Positions 39,721 through 51,200 of a stretch of DNA of 64,000 nt are shown in pieces (position 1 is the stretch's first letter; each line of letters starts with the position of its first letter). Source of the DNA: Eledone cirrhosa (Eukaryota); the NCBI GenBank assembly GCA_964016885.1, contig OZ024747.1, positions 26,474,001 to 26,538,000 of the forward strand. The letters run 5' to 3'. A program made the position numbers and the translations under genes. The notes below the pieces were generated by a model. It was not told the origin of the DNA, made no database searches, and was given only the letters and a program-made list of their open reading frames with translations.

Positions 39721-42700
39721 CTAACAGTGCTGCGATCGAATGTGGCTTTTTAGCCCAGCCAATGATCTAAAATGTCTTGCACAGAGTCGGCAACCAAAAC
39801 ATTTACTGGGAATAGTCGGCTGTGGTTGGAGTTCGTGTACTTTTGCATGTCGCTTGAGTCCTCCTGCTGATTTACATTCTCTACCACATGTTTGGCAAGC
39901 ATGATGAGTAGCATCTCCAACAGCAGCCTGGTAGTCAACCACTGGTCTTACTTTATGACTGCGAAGATGACTTTCGAGTCCAGCTTTGCTTAGGCAGAGT
40001 CTCGCACAGACGCTGCATGTCAGAAACATAGGAGGACCCTCGCCGTCTGGAAGTGCAACAGCAATACCCTTCCTCACGTCCCGCTTTACTTTCTCGTGTG
40101 CGATTCGAGATGCCTCAAAGGCAACTTTTCCCTCATATACAGTCTTTCTCCATTTATTACGATCAGCAGCAATATTTTCCCATGTATCAGCAGAGATGTT
40201 AGCGTCTTTCAGAGAGGCCTTCAAGGAATCCTTATACCTCTTTTTTGGTTTATGTGGCGGTCGTTTTCCTTTAACCAACTCTCCATAGAAGAGTTGTTTT
40301 GGTATTCTAGAATCCTTCATCCTGGCAAGGTGACCACTCCAACGGAGTCGCTGCTTAAGCACAAGAGCTTCTATACTGTCACACATAGAGCTTTCCAAAA
40401 TCTCGACATCACTGATGTGGTCCCTCCAGTGAACGCCATGTATCCGTCTGAGACACATCTGATGGAAACGCTCCAATTGCTTAAGGTGGCGTCGATATGT
40501 GACCCAGGTCTCGCAGGCATAAAGAAGACAAGAGAGTACACATGCCCTGTACACCTTTACCTTTGTCCTCCTGCATATGTCTCGCCGACCCCAGAGTCGC
40601 CTTTCTAGCTTTCCGAAAGCATCACTTGCTTTCCTAATCCTAAGTGAGATTTCACTGTCAAGGTTGCCGTATCGATTGACAGTGCTTCCCAGGTAGACAA
40701 ACTGATCAACCACTCCAAGTCGTTTGCCATACACATAGATGTTTGGTTCAGTGTACTGCCTACCAGGTGCAGGTTGGTACATGACGACGGTTTTCTTGAG
40801 ACTGACAGTCAAACCCAGGGCAGTGCAAGCGTCAGAAAATACATTCAAAATGTGCTGCATATCACTCTCTGTGTGCGCTACAAGATCGCAATCATCTGCA
40901 TACAAGAGGTCTCTTATGACTGATGTAAATACTTTTGTCTTCGCAGCAAAGCGCCTGATGTTAAATATGCTGCCTGAGGTTCGATATCGGATGTAAACAC
41001 CATGCTCGCAATTCCTGAATGCAATACAGAAAACCATTGCAAAGTATATGGCAAACAGGGTCGGTGCTGGAATATCCCCCTGTTTCACTCCATTTTTTAC
41101 TGAGATAGTCTCCGACATGTTACCTCCGACATTAACCCAAGCCTTCATGTCGTCATGGAAAGACCTAACTAAAGCAAGGAACTTATCAGGGCAACCAAGT
41201 TTCTGGAGAACCTTCCATAATGCATCTCTGTTGACAGTATCGAAAGCCTTTGTCAGATCGACAAAAACCTGATACAGATCCAAGCCCTGTTCAATGCACT
41301 TCTCCTGGAGCTGTCTAGCTGAGAAGATCATATCAGTAGTGCCGCGTCCAACACGAAAACCAGATTGACTTTCAGGAAGGACACAATCTGCAATGTGTGT
41401 CAGCAGACAGTCCAGAAGCACCCTACATAAAACTTTCCCCACGACAGAAAGCAATGATATACCTCTGTAGTTCCCACAATCATTCCTGTTACCCTTTCCC
41501 TTGTACAAGACCACCATTACCGCATCTCTCCAGTCCTCAGGCACGGATTCATTAGCCCATATCCTTCCAAACAGAGAGTGAAGATGTTGCAGGAGTCTCT
41601 CACCACCATATTGTAGGAGCTCAGCATGTATGCCATCCATACCTGGAGATCTTCCACTGTTCAGCTTCGAAATAGCCACTGCAACCTCCACAAGTGTCGG
41701 AGGTTCTGCGAGAGCTACTTTCACAGGACTTTCCGGAATGAGATTGAGGAAATCTTCACTGACGACAGACGGCTGATTCAAAAGATCATCAAAGTGCTCT
41801 CGCCACCTTCGTAGAATTCCCTGTGAGTCACGAAGAAGTTCTTTGCCATCCTTGCTGCGAATCGGTGTCACCAGAGAAGAAGACGGTCCATAAACCTCAC
41901 GCAAGAGACTGTACAACAGCTTTGTGTTATTGCAATCAGACGCAGTTTGTATCTCACCAGCCTTCTCACTCCACCACTGATCCTTCATCTGAGAAAGACT
42001 CCGCCTAACACGTGATTTTACATCCCTGAGCTCCTCATGCAACGTATTCCTCTCCTGTGGCCTTGCCGTCAAGTAGCGTGACAGAGCGCGCCTCTTATCA
42101 GCCAACAAGTCATCTATATGCACATCTTTCTCATTAAACCAGTCCTGATGTTTTCTCTGCACCAATCCCAGAACACGTCTGCCTACATCATAAACCGACT
42201 TTTTAAGGGTCGGCCAATCCTCACCAAGATCTGCAGCCTGCATCTCTTCTTCCAATGTCCTCTTCACATTTTTATCCTTAAGACGAGCAGCATTCAATCT
42301 TTTGGGCAGGGTAACACCAGGAGCCCGGATTTTACGTTTGGTGATTAGATTCACTTTTGCGCGTACCAGGCGGGTGTCCGTCCAGCACTCAGCTCCACGA
42401 AGAACACGAACACACTGCACATCCTGTCTGTCACGCATCCTGACTAGGACGTAGTCCAAAAGATGCCATTCCTTAGATGCAGGATGCATCCATGTGGTCT
42501 TGAATTTGTTCTTTTGTTGGAACATGGTGTTGGTAACACACAGATCCAGCTCCTCACACATCTGCAGCAAGAGCATACCATTGCTGTTACACTTTCCCAC
42601 CCCATGCCTTCCGATTACATTCCATGTGTTAAAATCCCTACCCACTCTAGCATTAAAGTCACCAAGCGCGATGACTTTGTCTGCCTGAGGGATATTTCTT

Positions 42701-43266
42701 AAAACACCTTTCAAGGCATGGTAAAAGGACAGTTTTTCTTCATCGACAGAATTCATAGTTGGAGCATACACACTCACCAGGGTAGCATATCTTCCCTTGT
42801 CCAGCGGAACTCTTATGGACATAAGACGCTCACTAATCCCCACTGGGAATTCTTCTAATTTATTCACCAGTACAGTCTTAACAGCAAATCCCACCCCAGC
42901 CTCTCTTCTGGTTCCTTCATCTCTTCCTTTCCAGAAGAATGTATATTCTCCACAAAATTCCGTAAGATGACCATCTCCAGCTAACCTCGTCTCAGACAAA
43001 GCCACGATGTCAAGATCGTAACGTCGAAGCTCCTTCGCAACAAGAGCGGTCCTTCGTTCAGGACGCTCCAAAGAATCCCTGTCAAGCAGCGTCCGTACGT
43101 TCCAGCAGCCAAGACTAAATGCCCTGTTTGGCTCTATTACAATGGCACGATGACGGGCGGGCCCAGGTTGTGATAACTTGGGGCCCCTGCCCTTATTGCC
43201 AATGATCTTTTTTGTTCCAGAACCCAAATTGGCAATTATCTCGTTTACATTGTTCTGGAACATCAT
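39721..43266 (-). CDS. Intact 1181-aa RTE-clade LINE protein (APE + RT + three C2H2 fingers)
   Basis: WNVRTL, ALSETR, SVYAPT, GDFNA, LLDY, SPGMDG, YRGISLL, VDLTKAFD, GVKQG, LYADD, YLGS, LRWSGH and three C-terminal CxxC..H fingers. Confidence 0.95.
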   Translation of the reverse strand: MMFQNNVNEIIANLGSGTKKIIGNKGRGPKLSQPGPARHRAIVIEPNRAFSLGCWNVRTLLDRDSLERPERRTALVAKELRRYDLDIVALSETRLAGDGHLTEFCGEYTFFWKGRDEGTRREAGVGFAVKTVLVNKLEEFPVGISERLMSIRVPLDKGRYATLVSVYAPTMNSVDEEKLSFYHALKGVLRNIPQADKVIALGDFNARVGRDFNTWNVIGRHGVGKCNSNGMLLLQMCEELDLCVTNTMFQQKNKFKTTWMHPASKEWHLLDYVLVRMRDRQDVQCVRVLRGAECWTDTRLVRAKVNLITKRKIRAPGVTLPKRLNAARLKDKNVKRTLEEEMQAADLGEDWPTLKKSVYDVGRRVLGLVQRKHQDWFNEKDVHIDDLLADKRRALSRYLTARPQERNTLHEELRDVKSRVRRSLSQMKDQWWSEKAGEIQTASDCNNTKLLYSLLREVYGPSSSLVTPIRSKDGKELLRDSQGILRRWREHFDDLLNQPSVVSEDFLNLIPESPVKVALAEPPTLVEVAVAISKLNSGRSPGMDGIHAELLQYGGERLLQHLHSLFGRIWANESVPEDWRDAVMVVLYKGKGNRNDCGNYRGISLLSVVGKVLCRVLLDCLLTHIADCVLPESQSGFRVGRGTTDMIFSARQLQEKCIEQGLDLYQVFVDLTKAFDTVNRDALWKVLQKLGCPDKFLALVRSFHDDMKAWVNVGGNMSETISVKNGVKQGDIPAPTLFAIYFAMVFCIAFRNCEHGVYIRYRTSGSIFNIRRFAAKTKVFTSVIRDLLYADDCDLVAHTESDMQHILNVFSDACTALGLTVSLKKTVVMYQPAPGRQYTEPNIYVYGKRLGVVDQFVYLGSTVNRYGNLDSEISLRIRKASDAFGKLERRLWGRRDICRRTKVKVYRACVLSCLLYACETWVTYRRHLKQLERFHQMCLRRIHGVHWRDHISDVEILESSMCDSIEALVLKQRLRWSGHLARMKDSRIPKQLFYGELVKGKRPPHKPKKRYKDSLKASLKDANISADTWENIAADRNKWRKTVYEGKVAFEASRIAHEKVKRDVRKGIAVALPDGEGPPMFLTCSVCARLCLSKAGLESHLRSHKVRPVVDYQAAVGDATHHACQTCGRECKSAGGLKRHAKVHELQPQPTIPSKCFGCRLCARHFRSLAGLKSHIRSQHC

Positions 43267-43311
43267 TGAATTGGAAAAAAAAAAAAAAAAAAAAAAAAAA
43301 AGGTAATAATA

Positions 43312-43346
<35 letters not shown>

Positions 43347-43650
43347 ACACTATTAATAATTATTAATGCACTCGTGCAATGCCTGTGCGTGACGAATATT
43401 TTTAAAGTGAGGAAAGACTGTGCACTGAACCAATCCCACTCTCTGAGCGACAGTAGCTATAACCCGAAAAGAAGAAAAGATCAACATCATCGGTAACTAC
43501 TGAGCCGCAGGTTTTATATCGGAGTTAACCCAGTTTCCTGAGATGCCTTCTCCTAGAAGAATACCATGACATGGGCTAGGGGTTCTTCACTCCCAGTGGT
43601 TTAACTGCGCGATCGGGCATCCAGCCCGATTATTTCTATGTCCCCGCGCA
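43267..43650 (-). mobile_element. RTE 5' UTR with a structured 5' end
   Basis: Minus strand: tgcgcg..atcgggc-tggat-gcccgat-cgcgca hairpin and a ctaggagaagg motif like those in RTE 5' UTRs. Part is homologous to 15640-15750. Confidence 0.6.
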
Positions 43651-43679
43651 AAAAAAAAAAAAAAAAAATTACTTATTGA

Positions 43680-43876
43680 CATTTCAAAAACAAACATCAT
43701 CATGTAATAATATTTGTGTTTTCATCAGATAAAACAGGGGAACATGATATGAAGGCTAAAAAACACTTGTGGATAGTGCAGTTTTAAATCAACATTTTAG
43801 CCTTCATATCATGTTCTCCTGTTTTATCTGATGAAAACATAAATATTATTGCATGATGATGTTTGTTTTTGAAATG
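43680..43876. repeat. Inverted repeat with ~82-bp arms and ~33-bp spacer (MITE/foldback-like)
   Basis: catttcaaaaacaaacatcatcatg...gaaggctaaaa versus ttttagccttc...gatgtttgtttttgaaatg. Confidence 0.85.
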
Positions 43877-44020
43877 CGCATAATAAAATACATGGAACTC
43901 CTTTAACCATCTTTTGATCTTATATATTATGTATACTCCAGTCCTACAAACTGTAGAGTGCTTCTTATCCGATATCTGCATTGCTTTATTGTACTACAAT
44001 AAAACTCACCTCCTACATAT

Positions 44021-44083
<63 letters not shown>

Positions 44084-44603
44084 TATATAAAGGAGGAAAG
44101 TGTAGTTTACTTGAAGCATTGCGTAGTGAGGTATAAACGTTTGGAGTTAGAAGGCCAGAACAATGCAGTTATGGATATAGAATATAAATACAAAGGCAAA
44201 AGATATTGCTGACAATTAGTCTTTTACCTTAAATTTATTTGAATATCCTTCAAATAAATTTTAAGCTAAAACTCTCTCTCTATCTATCTATCTCTCTCTC
44301 TCTCTTTCTATCTCTCTCTTCCTTATCAGGTAGAAACAAGATGTGTTCAAACCTGGAGAGGGATGGGCTCTGCCTGGTTTCATTACTTAAGACACGACGT
44401 ATGCCACGGCGGCGCCCCTACGACTCCATCAGGAGGTCAATGTCGATGATCTAATAAAAAATGTTATTTAAAAAAGAAATCGAAACATGTTGTTTGATGT
44501 GTAGGAAACAATCTGTGTATGTGGCGCGAGCGCATGCTCAACCAGTGCTCTTTTGCATGAAATTGGGTTGGCGAAAATTGATTGTGAGCCGAATTATCTA
44601 ACC

Positions 44604-44925
44604 CAAAGTTCTCAAACATTTTGGACCACCGCCCTCCTCACGGCTACGTAATATCCTCAGCCACCCCCACCCCTATTTCCAGAGAAACCTGCCTACACAC
44701 AAATTGTAAATAATATGTAGTATAATAAAATCGTTAATTTATATAAATAAATATTATATTTTTTTTATTTTACTATATTTATATATAATATGTATCATTT
44801 GATATTTAATATACTATTATATGGTCTCTAGCGCCCCTCCATCGCCCCTTTAGGCCCCAGTGCCCCCTGGACCTTCTCAAACCCATTCGGAGGGAGGGGG
44901 ATAGCGCCCATTTTGAGAACCTCTG
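44604..44925. mobile_element. hAT (Charlie-like) MITE
   Basis: TIRs caaagttctcaaa / tttgagaacctctg. TSD atctaacc / gtctaacc matches at 7 of 8 positions. Confidence 0.75.
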
Positions 44926-46139
44926 GTCTAACCAGTAAGCCAAGCGTCTTTACTTCCATATAGTGTAATGTTTTATATTTAATTAATCTTCTTGGATGTT
45001 GGATGGAAGGGACGCTGTGTCATTTCTTAGGTTGACTGTGTCGTTTCTGGTTTGTATCTGTAAGTCTAGCATGCACGTGTTTCATAGCTAAATTCAATGT
45101 TGAATAACATTTGCCACCGTTAAATAATCGAAATGCGTGATTCCTCATAACTAAATATTGTTCAATTTCTCCTTGGGATTTATGAAATTCCAGATTAGAT
45201 TATATATTAAATTACGGATATGGAAATATAATCGAATTGTAAACGAACTATCACGAATTGCAAGGAAATTTTGAACGTCCTCTAGCATCGCATGAAAAGG
45301 GGTTTCATAGATTCATAGATCAAGCTCATGATTTGTAAATCTCGATACCTATTTTAAAATTAATAAAACGGTTTGCATATTTCATCATCATTCTTTCTAA
45401 GCTGCGCGGTTCAACAAAAAAAAAGAGACCGATAAAATAAGTACCAGGCTTGAAAAAGATAATAAGTACTGGCGGTCGATATGGTCGACTAAATCTATTG
45501 AAGTGTCCCAATAGAGCCACAGTCTAAGGACTGAAACCAGTAAAAGAATAAAAGAAGGAATAGCAAATTACTCTAAAATCTATTAGGTTGGGGGTGGGGA
45601 ATTTCCAACACCTCCATCATATTATTCATTCTAATAGAATGTGCTCATAAAAGCTGTGAGTAAAACAACGTTTAGAAAGCCTAGGAAAATCGGTGACAAT
45701 TTTTGGAGTTGTATATTTCTGGCAAGCGACTTGATCTGAGAATGTGTGTTGAAACAAAATCAATTACTTCGAGGAAAAGTAATTTTAACCACCATTGTAC
45801 TTGTTTGGCAAGTAATTATCTGAGACTGCGGGTTGAAACCAAATAGATTACATCGTGAATGAGTCATTTTAGCTGTTCAAAATACACACAAAATCTATTA
45901 ACTTCAGTTTACATTTGTCATTTTTTTCTTGGTGTTAAATTTTTCGACGTACTGTTTGCAATGAAACTGATCGGTGACCAGGTCTCAATTGGTGACATTA
46001 AGGTTCTTTTAAATGATTTTCATTTTTTTTTTTTAATTCAAAGTTTTTTTCTTTTCTTTCACTTATGTTTTTCTTGTTGCTGCCTGATTCCTTGTACATC
46101 GTTTATATTTCAACCACTGTCCTTACTTTATCTAATATG

Positions 46140-46592
46140 CCAGGCAGTATATCGTATATATCTCAACAACTGATCCTGATTTAGCTAAGGCCCCAGCCAG
46201 TATATCGTTTATATCTCAACAACTGATCCTGATTTAGCTAATATCCCAGCCAATATATCGTTTATATCTCAACAACTGATCCTGATTTAGCTAAGGCCCT
46301 AGGCAGTGTATCATTTATATCTCAACAACTGATCCTGATTTAGTTAATAGCCCAGGCTGTATATCGTTTATATCTCAACCACTGATCCTGATTTAGCTAA
46401 TATCCCAGCCAGTATATCGTTCATATCTCAACAACTGATCCTGATTTAGCTCATACACCACCAGTATATCGTTTATATCTCAACAACTGATCCTGAGTTA
46501 GTTAAGGCCCCAGCCAGTATATCGTTTATATCTCAACAACTGATCCTGATTTAGCTAATATCCCAGCCAGTACATCGTTTATATCTCAACAA
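46140..46592. repeat. 53-bp minisatellite, ~8.5 units
   Basis: Unit ccagccagtatatcgtttatatctcaacaactgatcctgatttagctaa(ggc/tat)c. Confidence 0.95.
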
Positions 46593-47822
46593 ACTTCTAA
46601 TATTCCATGCAGTTTATCTTTAAACTTTCATTTAGGATCTGATAGTTTTCAATCTGTCATGGCAGCTGTCTACTTCTAAAATTCTTTTCAAATAAACTGT
46701 AAGGGTTATTACTGAGATTCATTAGTTATCAACTTGATCGATTACATAATAGCTTTCCTTGTTTTAGAATAAGGCTGCTTCTTTCTTTCATAAAAATTAG
46801 GATCCTTGCCACATCTCAGCAGCTATTCAATACCTTGAATAAATGACTTTTACTTAAAACACTAAAATTAAAAATCATTCAAATTTCAGTCTTTCAAATT
46901 CATCAGTGCTTCATTGATTTTAATCCACATAATTTCAGAAGAATAATTTACCTTCAATCCATCGTAATTTGTGGTATTTTTGTTTCGTAATGTTTATATG
47001 TATCTGTTTTTACTTTCATTTGTTCTAAATTTATCATCTTCATTCAGTGGTTTAATTTATGGTACTACTGAAAATGTTTACATATTTAATCTTGCTGTCT
47101 CTTGTATATTGTAACATTGATTTCAATAGCTGGAACATGGAACATCGTTCTTCAGATGTTTTGGCATTTTTTTTTTACTTCTTTTTGCGCAGCTTTATTA
47201 TTATTTTATATCAGTGAAAGGGTCTGTTGCTTCGTGGTTAATGTGTTCGGCTCATAATCGTAAGGTCATGCCTGGTGGCGCGTTGTTTCAAGTACTATAT
47301 TTCATACAGTGAAAATAACAATTGAAAGAGAAGAGAATACCCAATAGTGTGAGCATATGTTTTTAATCCCGCCGAGGTTAACTTTGCCTTTCATCCTTAC
47401 TGGGTAATTGCTGGCCTTGTGCCAAAAGTAGAAACAATTATGTTTTTAACAAAGTTCTTGAAATGTTGATCTTAGCTCAAGACCTCTAGTACTACACTAG
47501 TGGACTCCGGGTTGGGAACCGCTGCTCTATTTCAAGTTGACAACAAATAAATGATTGGAGAAGCATATTCAGGGGAGACGATCTTAAGTTGATTGAATCA
47601 GCAAAGGGAATGTTGTACGATAGCCAACAGTTGAGCCGAGTATTACCCTAAAATTCTTACTACAGAATATGACTAAGTCAACTATTTATCTTTAGTCGGG
47701 AAAGTAGTGTACTGACTATACTTATAGTTTGGTGAAGCGTTGAAATCAACTCCAAAGCTAGGTAATTTAAGTTATTTAAACCAGCTCAACAGCCTGCAAT
47801 TACGTAAAACATTCATCTAGAA

Positions 47823-47969
47823 CAGTCATGAGCAAACTACGACCCGTCTGACTTTCTGACGTGTCACGCCTAATTTCAAAATTGCCTTGAATTTTTAGAA
47901 GTACTGCCTGCGTTTTGAATAAGCCACATTCTATGTGGCCCACTCCTCGAAAAAGGTCATCCATGTCTG
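47823..47969. mobile_element. hAT (Charlie-like) MITE
   Basis: CAG...CTG ends and a perfect 8-bp TSD atctagaa at 47815-47822 and 47970-47977. Confidence 0.8.
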
Positions 47970-48066
47970 ATCTAGAATCTGCTCAACGGACGAAATTTTA
48001 GTCACGCATTATATTCGGCTACTTGTAATAGACTTCAGTTATTGTTGGTATTAATATTGTTTGTGA

Positions 48067-48255
48067 CGGCACGTGGCTTGGTGATTAGGGTGCTGGAATC
48101 ACGTTTATGAGGTCATGGGGTCGGATGGAACGTTGTAGCCTTCAGTAAGACACTTTATTTCACATTGTTCCAGGTCAGTCAACTAAAGAAAAGTGAGTTG
48201 CGATGACACCGATGCCAAGTTGTTTCGGCCTCTGCCTTTCCCTTGGACAACATTA
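48067..48255 (+). mobile_element. Degenerate tRNA-derived SINE
   Basis: Head ggcacgtggcttggtgattagg and body aagacactttatttcac, similar to 13210-13440. Confidence 0.55.
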
Positions 48256-48256
48256 A

Positions 48257-51200
48257 TATAGTATATATATATAGTGCATATATAGTGTATATATAGTGTA
48301 TATATAGTGTATATATAGTGTATATAAAGTGTATATATAGCGTATATATAGTGTATATATAGTGTATATATAGTACATATGTAGTGACCTACATTCCGCG
48401 GGCTCACATACATTCTCTGTGCGTGATTTGGCTCAGCTCAGCCAATCAGCGCCAGTAGAAGAGGATGTATCCCTACGCGTTCTGAGGGAGAAATAGCCCG
48501 CAAAGATTTGAGGACGCCATCACTTCCAGGCTTGACCATGCTAAGTAAACACCGCTTGTTCTTTGGCTCCGCCAGCACAAACAATATGTAACGACAAAAC
48601 ATTCCTACGGAGCTGGCTAAACGCCTTCAGCTAGTCGACCGTATTTTCTCTTGTAATCTTAATTGAATTGTTTTATTTCTCTGGGCATGCCTTCTCAACC
48701 TTTGTTAATAAATAATGTAAAAACAAGCTAAAAGTCGTCGTCGATATTCCTATCATATCTTTCTACCAAACCTGGTTCCTCGTGGCAAAATTACAACTTC
48801 TGAAATATACTTCTCCGCTAAATTGGTACTTATATACCTCAACTAAATTGGTGACTTATATTCAACAAAGAGAAACATCCCTTTCCTTTACATATATAGT
48901 GTATATATAGTGTATATATAGTGCATATATAGTGCATATATAGTGTATATATAGTGCATATATAGTGCATATATAGTGTATATATAGTGTATATATAGTG
49001 TATATATAGTGTATATATAGTGTATATATAGTGCATATATAGTGCATATATAGTGTATATATAGTGCATATATAGTGCATATATAGTGTATATATAGTAC
49101 ATATATAGTGTATATATAGTGTATATATAGTGTATATATAGTGTATATATAGTGTATATATAGTGCATATATAGTGTATATATAGGGTATATATAGTGTA
49201 TATATAGTGCATATATAGTGTATATATAGTGTATGTATAGTGTATATATAGTGTATATATAGTGCATATATAGTGTATATATAGTGTATATATAGTGTAT
49301 ATATAGTGTATATATAGTGTATATATAGTGCATATATAGTGTATATATAGTGTATATATAGTGCATATATAGTGTATATATAGTGTATATATAGTGCATA
49401 TATAGTGCATATATAGTGTATATATATAGTGTATATATAGTGCATATATAGTGCATATATAGTGTATATATAGTGTATATAGTGCATATATAGTGCATAT
49501 ATAGTGTATATATAGTGTATATATAGTGTATATATATAGTGTATATATAGGGTATATATAGTGTGTATATAGTGTATATATAGTGTATATATGGTGTATA
49601 TATAGTGTATATATAGTGCATCTATAGTGTATATATAGTGTATATATAGTGCATATATAGTGTATATATAGTGTATATATAGTGTATATATAGTGTATAT
49701 ATAGTGCATATATAGTGCATATATAGTGCATATATAGTGCATATATAGTGCATATATAGTGTATATATAGTGCATATATAGTGCATATATAGTGTATATA
49801 TAGTGCATATATAGTGCATATATAGTGCATATATAGTGTATATATAGTGTATATATAGTGTATATATAGTGTATATATAATGCATATATAGTGTATATAT
49901 AGTGTATATATAGTGTATATATAGTGTATATATAGTGCATATATAGTATATATATATAGTGTATATATAGTACATATATAGTGCATATATAGTGTATATA
50001 TAGTGTATATATGGTGCATATATAGTGTATATATAGTGTATATATAGTGTATATATAGTGCATATATAGTGTATATATAGTGTATATATAGTGTATATAT
50101 AGTGCATATATAGTGTATATATAGTACATATATAGTGCATATATAGTGTATATATAGTGCATATATAGTGTATATATAGTGCATATATAGTGCATATATA
50201 GTGCATATATAGTTTATATATAGTGCATATATAGTGTATATATAGTGCATATATAGTGTATATATAGTGTATATATAGTGTATATATAGTGTATATATAG
50301 TGTATATATAGTGTATATATAGTGTATATATAGTGTATATATAGTGCATATATAGTGCATATATAGTGCATATATAATGCATATATAGTGTATATATAGT
50401 GTATATATAGTACATATATAGTGTATATATAGTGCATATATAGTGCATATATAGTGTATATATATTGTATATATAGTGTATATATAGTGTATATATATAG
50501 TACATATATAGTGTATATATAGTGTATATATAGTGTATATATAGTGCATATATAGTGTATATATAGTGTATATATAGTGTATATATAGTGTATATATAGT
50601 GCATATATAGTGTATATATATAGTGTATATATAGTGCATATATAGTGCATATATAGTGTATATATAGTGTATATATAGTGCATATATAGTGCATATATAG
50701 TGCATATATAGTGTATATATAGTGTATATATAATGTATATATAGTGCATATATAGTGTATATATAGTGCATATATAGTTTATATATAGTGCATCCATAGT
50801 GCATATATAGTGCATATATAGTGCATATATAGTGTATATATAGTGCATATATAGTGTATATATAGTGTATATATATAGTGTATATATAGTGCATATATAG
50901 TGTATATATATAGTGTATATATAGTGTATATATAGTGTATATATAGTGCATATATAGTGTATATATAGTGTATATATAGTGTATATATAGTGCATATATA
51001 GTGTATATATAGTACATATATAGTGCATATATAGTGTATATATAGTGTATATATATAGTGTATATATAGTGCATATATAGTGTATATATAGTGCATATAT
51101 AGTGTATATATAGTGTATATATAGTGTATATATAGTGCATATATAGTGTATATATAGTGCATATATAGTGTATATATAGTGCATATATAGTGTATATATA

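Noticed and set aside
46140-46592. CRISPR-like array
   Set aside because: There are no unique spacers or cas genes, and the context is eukaryotic.
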